Assembly (NCBI GenBank): GCA_963675785.1
Contig: OY776562.1
Span: forward strand, 1,760,001-1,824,000
Reading direction: 5' to 3'
Origin: Anaerolineae bacterium
Lineage (GTDB): Bacteria; Chloroflexota; Anaerolineae; UBA1429
DNA length: 64,000 nt
Shown: positions 59,342-64,000 of the stretch, piece after piece
How positions within the stretch are numbered: position 1 is the stretch's first letter
Layout of the letters: the number at the start of each line of letters is the position of its first letter
Notes under the pieces: model-generated
Told to the model about the DNA's origin: nothing
The model's database searches: none
What the model saw: only the letters and a program-made list of their open reading frames with translations
Translations under genes and position numbers: made by a program

Positions 59342-60645
59342 TGAGTTTCCTCAATTGGCAAAAATCCCTGCGAAACTGATAGTTTCTTAGCTCTTGTCAT
59401 TCCCAATCCCAGGTACAGCCAAAAGAAAAGATCAAAATAGTAAGAAAATAAATTAGGCTCGGCCATTCCGTGTAACAAAAGAGCTATAGAAGCCATCAAA
59501 ATACCCGCAAGTGTTGAATCGGATCGTGCATATGCTGAAAGCTTACGAATGGGAATAAAAACCGCTAGTACAAACACTATCAAATTTGCAAAACCTCCCT
59601 GAGTCAATGATTCCAAAATAAGATTATGGGGACGGAATGTATCATATTTGATCATTGAAACAGCGGGAAAACCAAGCCCATTGCCAAAGAGAGGATACCG
59701 CAAAAACTTCTGAAATGAGTAAGCGAATAAGACTATTCTGCCACTTGTTGTTACATTTATAGAGTCGTGGCCAATTGTTTGAAATGTCCTAATGTAACTA
59801 TCTAAAAATCCCATCGAGTAAAGTCCAAAAACGATCCCTCCTAGAACAACCATAATTACAAGGGCGCCGAAACCAGATATTTTGACAATTCTTAACTTAT
59901 CAGGAAGCAATAAACCCATGAATACCACAAAAATAAAGGCGAGTATTCCTCCATCACTCCTTGTTAACAAGAGTCCTATTAATAGGATTAATAGGACAAG
60001 CGACTTTTTCCATCCTTTCGGGAGAGAATACAAAAGTGAGAAAAAGAAAAAAAGAAAAAAGGAAGCGAGTGTATTCGATTTACCAGCGGGCACCACTATT
60101 CTAGTTTTTGTGTACCCCTGTATTCCCATTGCACCAACAACGTTCCAAGCATTCAGGATAACTTGTGCACTGAGTATCAGCCCAGATATAAGAGAGATTG
60201 CGATAATAACACGTCTTACATCAACTTCTAGCGAACGAGATACCATATAAACTAGAGGACATATCAGGACTGTAACATAATTACCTAAATACCCGTTCAG
60301 CTCAACTGTGTAAAATAGAGGAATTAGAAGAAGTGGTATGCGAAGAAATAAAGTCCATAAAACAGGATCAATAAATATTCTCTTTTTTTGAGTAATCAAT
60401 CCCAGCAATAAAAGACAAAAGATTGCGAAGATTGAGATACTGGAAATCTGGTTAGTTGGGTAACGAAAAGCCAGCAACTGAGAACTATACAAAGAGCGCT
60501 CAGGAGTAAAGAGAAAGATAAGCGCTATCGGGATCAACAGCACGAACAAGAAGCGATTTGTTCGCCTAGTTATAGAAGCCTCCTTTGAAACGCTATTAGC
60601 CACGCGCCACCTTCCACATTTTGCATGCACTAATGAAGCTTTCAT
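59338..60645 (-). CDS. O-antigen ligase/polymerase (Wzy-like) membrane protein
   Basis: Multi-TM, TSGR, PLFGNG.G, PHNLILE; located inside a glycan cluster. Confidence 0.8.
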   Translation of the reverse strand: MKASLVHAKCGRWRVANSVSKEASITRRTNRFLFVLLIPIALIFLFTPERSLYSSQLLAFRYPTNQISSISIFAIFCLLLLGLITQKKRIFIDPVLWTLFLRIPLLLIPLFYTVELNGYLGNYVTVLICPLVYMVSRSLEVDVRRVIIAISLISGLILSAQVILNAWNVVGAMGIQGYTKTRIVVPAGKSNTLASFFLFFFFSLLYSLPKGWKKSLVLLILLIGLLLTRSDGGILAFIFVVFMGLLLPDKLRIVKISGFGALVIMVVLGGIVFGLYSMGFLDSYIRTFQTIGHDSINVTTSGRIVLFAYSFQKFLRYPLFGNGLGFPAVSMIKYDTFRPHNLILESLTQGGFANLIVFVLAVFIPIRKLSAYARSDSTLAGILMASIALLLHGMAEPNLFSYYFDLFFWLYLGLGMTRAKKLSVSQGFLPIEETQ

Positions 60646-61874
60646 TACTCCCGTTGATGGTCATCGACTGTATAATATGTTTCTTGAAGCCATTGACGCA
60701 TAAATGTCTCACGTCGAGCTTGTAAAGGCTCAAATTGGTACCTATTCGCAAGATCAAAATTGCGCCTAGCCTGTGCAGCAGCTAGCTCAGTATTTTGAAT
60801 ACATAGAATAATACGCTCGGCTAGATCTTTGGCATCATCTGCATTAACTAAGAAAGCCTCATCCACAAGTTCTGGAATTCCCCCTGCATAACTCCCCACA
60901 ACTGGACATCCCAAGGCCATCGCTTCGATGATAGAACGTGGAAGACCCTCTTGTTTACTAGGTTGTAGATAGATATCTGTATCAGTCAACCAAACCTCAA
61001 TCTCAGGACGCGAAAGCAATCCACGAAAAATTACGCGCTCCGCCACTCCCAAATGTTCGGCTAGAGCACGCCAACGTTCAGGATCGCCCCCACCTGCAAA
61101 ATTGAGCTGGATATCCAAACCGCGATCTAATAAGAGAGGAAGAGCACGAATTGCTACTTCATGCCCCTTGTAATTAACTCCGAGGGATCCCATAAGACCA
61201 AGACGAATTGAGGCATTGCCGTAAGACCATCTGGAAATGCGAGACAAGCGTTGCTCAAGGACCTTTGGGGAACGTTCTGGGATCACAACATCAGAACAAC
61301 CAATAGATTTGCCACGAGTCGGGTATCGGTTCTGAAGAAACTTCTGAGAGACATAGATTACGTGTGACGCACTAGCAATAATTTTGCGTAATCTGGCCGC
61401 GGCAAAAGGTGCATATATCTTTCCTAAAAAGGAACCGTGGTTCATCAACGCATCATATGGACAACCAACCACTTCAAACAATACGGGCACTCCCATTTTA
61501 TGAGCAATTGGTATGGCTATAAGAGCAATTTCGCTAGGCACTCGAGCAATCGCCACATCCACTTGGCGAAGCAAACCTTCAAGCTCTCTTTTGATCTGCC
61601 GATGGTTGAACAAAATGCTCAATCTATTTCGATTAACCACCAATCCTTTAAATGATACGCCACGACCACTCACACGCCTATTCTCATCAATAGAAATATC
61701 TGAGACGTACTGATAGCGGCCGACGACAACAAGATCATTGATTACCGATAAATAGCGCTTGAAAAAAGCATAATTCAAGCCAGATGCATAGGCTTCCCCG
61801 TCAATTGCAATACGATAGTCACCTGTCGATAGAAAAAGACCTTTTACGCAACTTGAGGTGCCTGTCTTGGTCAT
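60645..61874 (-). CDS. Glycosyltransferase family 4
   Basis: YKGH, QPSKQEGLPRSIIEAMALG, GGIPEL. Confidence 0.9.
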   Translation of the reverse strand: MTKTGTSSCVKGLFLSTGDYRIAIDGEAYASGLNYAFFKRYLSVINDLVVVGRYQYVSDISIDENRRVSGRGVSFKGLVVNRNRLSILFNHRQIKRELEGLLRQVDVAIARVPSEIALIAIPIAHKMGVPVLFEVVGCPYDALMNHGSFLGKIYAPFAAARLRKIIASASHVIYVSQKFLQNRYPTRGKSIGCSDVVIPERSPKVLEQRLSRISRWSYGNASIRLGLMGSLGVNYKGHEVAIRALPLLLDRGLDIQLNFAGGGDPERWRALAEHLGVAERVIFRGLLSRPEIEVWLTDTDIYLQPSKQEGLPRSIIEAMALGCPVVGSYAGGIPELVDEAFLVNADDAKDLAERIILCIQNTELAAAQARRNFDLANRYQFEPLQARRETFMRQWLQETYYTVDDHQRE

Positions 61875-61875
61875 T

Positions 61876-63252
61876 CTAAATATTCCGTATGTTATTCACG
61901 ACTAAACGCTGCTTTCCATTCTTCTCACAAGGTATTTCATCGACATATTCGATCGTAAAATCAGTACCCTCACCGAATTTATGTCGCAGCTCGTTGAGCA
62001 CAGAGGCGATATCCGTAGCAACAAAGAGAGCCTTATCAACGACAATTTTCACCAAAACCTCGCCGATCGCCTCTTGGACAAATTGGGCTTGGATAGCCGA
62101 ATTAGGAAGATACTTGAGTGCTCCTCCAAGGTTAGCTTCCATTACCTTACTGCCATTCGCCGTGAGAAGATAGTTTCCCAATCTACCTTGAATGCTGCGA
62201 ATGAGTGGGGTGTTATTCCCGCATGTGCACATCTCATCTTCAGTCGCAAAAACCATGCAATCACCAACTGCATACCTTATGAGCGGCGTACCATAGCTGG
62301 TAAAACTTGTAATCAGAATCTCATCAGAATCTATACTGTAAGGTTCAATAACGCCTGAAAAAACATCATAATGCAGTTTGCCGTGAGGGCACTCGGTTAC
62401 AAAAGGGGCTCCCTCCGAAGAAGCATATTGATCTCGTACTGGGCAGTTGAACACGCTCTCAATAGTCTGTCTGTATTGTGGTGTCAGAGTTTCTGCCGTT
62501 GGGAAAACAGCAATGGGTTGAAAATTGAGCTTTATGCCATTACGTTCAATAAAAGAGGCGACTTCATATATCCTCGAAGGATGTCCATCGATCGACTGAG
62601 GCCTGAATTTTTGAAGATTCTCCACATAGTAAAGCAGATTCTCTTCAGTGAGATAAAAGGATGAGTAGACTCGCTGGCGAACTGACCAATTATCCCGCCA
62701 GAATACTTTACCGGCATAGCCGGGCGGAACGACATACCTAGCATTGAAAGAGGCTCGACGCATTTTCCTATTCACAAAGCCGTGTCGTTCCTTGAAATGA
62801 TCCAACGTGGCCATGCGCTGTTGCATGTCATCAATCGTCCTTAAGCCTATAAGGCTTTTACCAGTAGTTCCCCCCGTATGCCATTCGATGGCACCTTTAC
62901 GAGGGATTGTTATAATCCGATTGATGTTTTGCCTGAACATCTCTTTTGTAACAGATGGAAGTTGGGCAAAATCTGCAAGCGTTTGGATATCCTCTGGTTC
63001 CAAATCACCATATAGCTCTCGATAAAATGGACTGTGTTCTATCGCATAGGCAATCAAAGTGCGAAGCTTCTCGAGTTGAATTGCTCGTTGAGCTTCACGA
63101 GGCAACTTTTCGCAACGTTCGAGCTCTCTTTTGTATTCACGATAGACACGCCCATACCGTTGATGGTACACCTTAACGCCGTAGACATTTGACATGACAT
63201 TCTGAAACCAGATAGGAGCATGATCATAGATTTTATTGAGAGAACTTGACAT
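61876..63252 (-). CDS. Phenylacetate-CoA ligase family (CapK-like) adenylating enzyme
   Basis: Motifs SPFYRELY, HTGGTTGK, TAETL, DQYASSE, PLIRY.VGD, IQGR, GK.R. Confidence 0.88.
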   Translation of the reverse strand: MSSSLNKIYDHAPIWFQNVMSNVYGVKVYHQRYGRVYREYKRELERCEKLPREAQRAIQLEKLRTLIAYAIEHSPFYRELYGDLEPEDIQTLADFAQLPSVTKEMFRQNINRIITIPRKGAIEWHTGGTTGKSLIGLRTIDDMQQRMATLDHFKERHGFVNRKMRRASFNARYVVPPGYAGKVFWRDNWSVRQRVYSSFYLTEENLLYYVENLQKFRPQSIDGHPSRIYEVASFIERNGIKLNFQPIAVFPTAETLTPQYRQTIESVFNCPVRDQYASSEGAPFVTECPHGKLHYDVFSGVIEPYSIDSDEILITSFTSYGTPLIRYAVGDCMVFATEDEMCTCGNNTPLIRSIQGRLGNYLLTANGSKVMEANLGGALKYLPNSAIQAQFVQEAIGEVLVKIVVDKALFVATDIASVLNELRHKFGEGTDFTIEYVDEIPCEKNGKQRLVVNNIRNI

Positions 63253-63422
63253 GATTACTCCAGTATTCGGCCCCCAAAGATAAGGGATTCACAGCTCAAA
63301 ATGATGCTATCTTGACGGATTGACTTCACTCATCCAGGCTACATAATTAACCAGATCTGCCATCTTTACACTGTTTAGCTTGAGCAAAAACACTCGCACA
63401 AGACTGGTAGGACAAGAGCCAG

Positions 63423-64000
63423 CTACAGTGTCACAATGTCTTTGGCCCAGGAGCGGTTGTCGAAATACCACTTGACCAACTGTTCCAGCCCGCTTTCGAT
63501 AGTCTGTTGGCTCTGCCAGCCCAATAACTCGCGAGCCTTGGACACATTAGCCCAGGTCGCGGTAATGTCCGACGCCTGGAAAGGTTTGAATACGAAATCA
63601 GCTTTTTTACCAATGAGACCTTCTAGAATGTGGATTGCGTCCATCAGAACAATGGGATGATCGGAACCGAGGTTGATGATTTCATAACCCAACTTTTTCT
63701 GGCCAAGGATGGTTCCGCGGGCGATGTCATCTACATAAGTGAAATCGCGCGATTGTGTACCATCCCCGTAGATCACGACGGGGCGACCTTCGCTAATCCA
63801 CTGGGTAAAGCGAAATAGACTCATCTCCGGACGCCCGGCGGGGCCATAGACGGTGAAGTAGCGGTTCACGGTGATATCGATGCCGTGCAAATAGTGATAA
63901 GCATAGCACATCTCCTCTGCCGCTTTTTTGGAAGCAGGGTAGGGAGCGAGGGGCCTAGAGGCTGCAGCAGTCTCGGTAAAAGGGATGGCACTATCCTTGC
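63423..64000 (-). CDS. NAD-dependent epimerase (UDP-glucuronate 4-epimerase-like), 5'-truncated by window edge
   Basis: The frame stays open to the window end. YPASKK (YxxxK), RYFTVYGP.GRP.M, RDFTYVDDI. Confidence 0.85.
   Translation of the reverse strand, partial: KDSAIPFTETAAASRPLAPYPASKKAAEEMCYAYHYLHGIDITVNRYFTVYGPAGRPEMSLFRFTQWISEGRPVVIYGDGTQSRDFTYVDDIARGTILGQKKLGYEIINLGSDHPIVLMDAIHILEGLIGKKADFVFKPFQASDITATWANVSKARELLGWQSQQTIESGLEQLVKWYFDNRSWAKDIVTL

Noticed and set aside
60038-60062. A-tracts in the Wzy-like gene as a phase-variation site (also A8 near 57914)
   Set aside because: The runs are at most 7-8 nt, encode Phe-rich TM segments, and the frames are intact.

Overview
Chromosomal window from an anaerobic, carbohydrate-fermenting bacterium. 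Chloroflexota/Anaerolineae is likely, but this is only inferred from the TAT-lipoprotein binding protein with a Pro/Thr linker and from gene content. I found no rRNA, tRNA, CRISPR array, integrase or transposase. In order, the window holds: (1) a uronate/sugar catabolic cluster with two PL22-like oligogalacturonate lyase paralogs, an isomerase and two large uncharacterised paralogs; (2) MFS and MalY/PatB genes; (3) the class III ribonucleotide reductase operon nrdDG, preceded by a LexA-type box, tandem NrdR boxes, a sigma70 promoter and a highly structured ~230-nt leader matching no riboswitch I recognise; (4) a TAT-less reductive dehalogenase homolog upstream of a GH29 fucosidase, divergent from a ZIP transporter with a DtxR-type box; (5) a wecBC/wzx mini-cluster; (6) MarR plus a heterodimeric ABC exporter; (7) TrmO and a TipA/Mta-type MerR regulator; (8) a regulator plus two GH2 beta-glucuronidases, one fused to an SCP2-like domain; (9) assorted enzymes, a heparinase II/III-like lyase and a LacI/oxidoreductase/binding-protein unit; (10) an AT-richer polysaccharide cluster containing an aldolase, a 2-hydroxyacid dehydrogenase, a CoA ligase and an acyltransferase. 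The best novelty candidates are the nrdD leader RNA, the GUS-SCP2 fusion, the putative new lyase-like paralog pair and the glycan acyl-substituent module. All family calls come from recognising motifs by eye; no database search was run.
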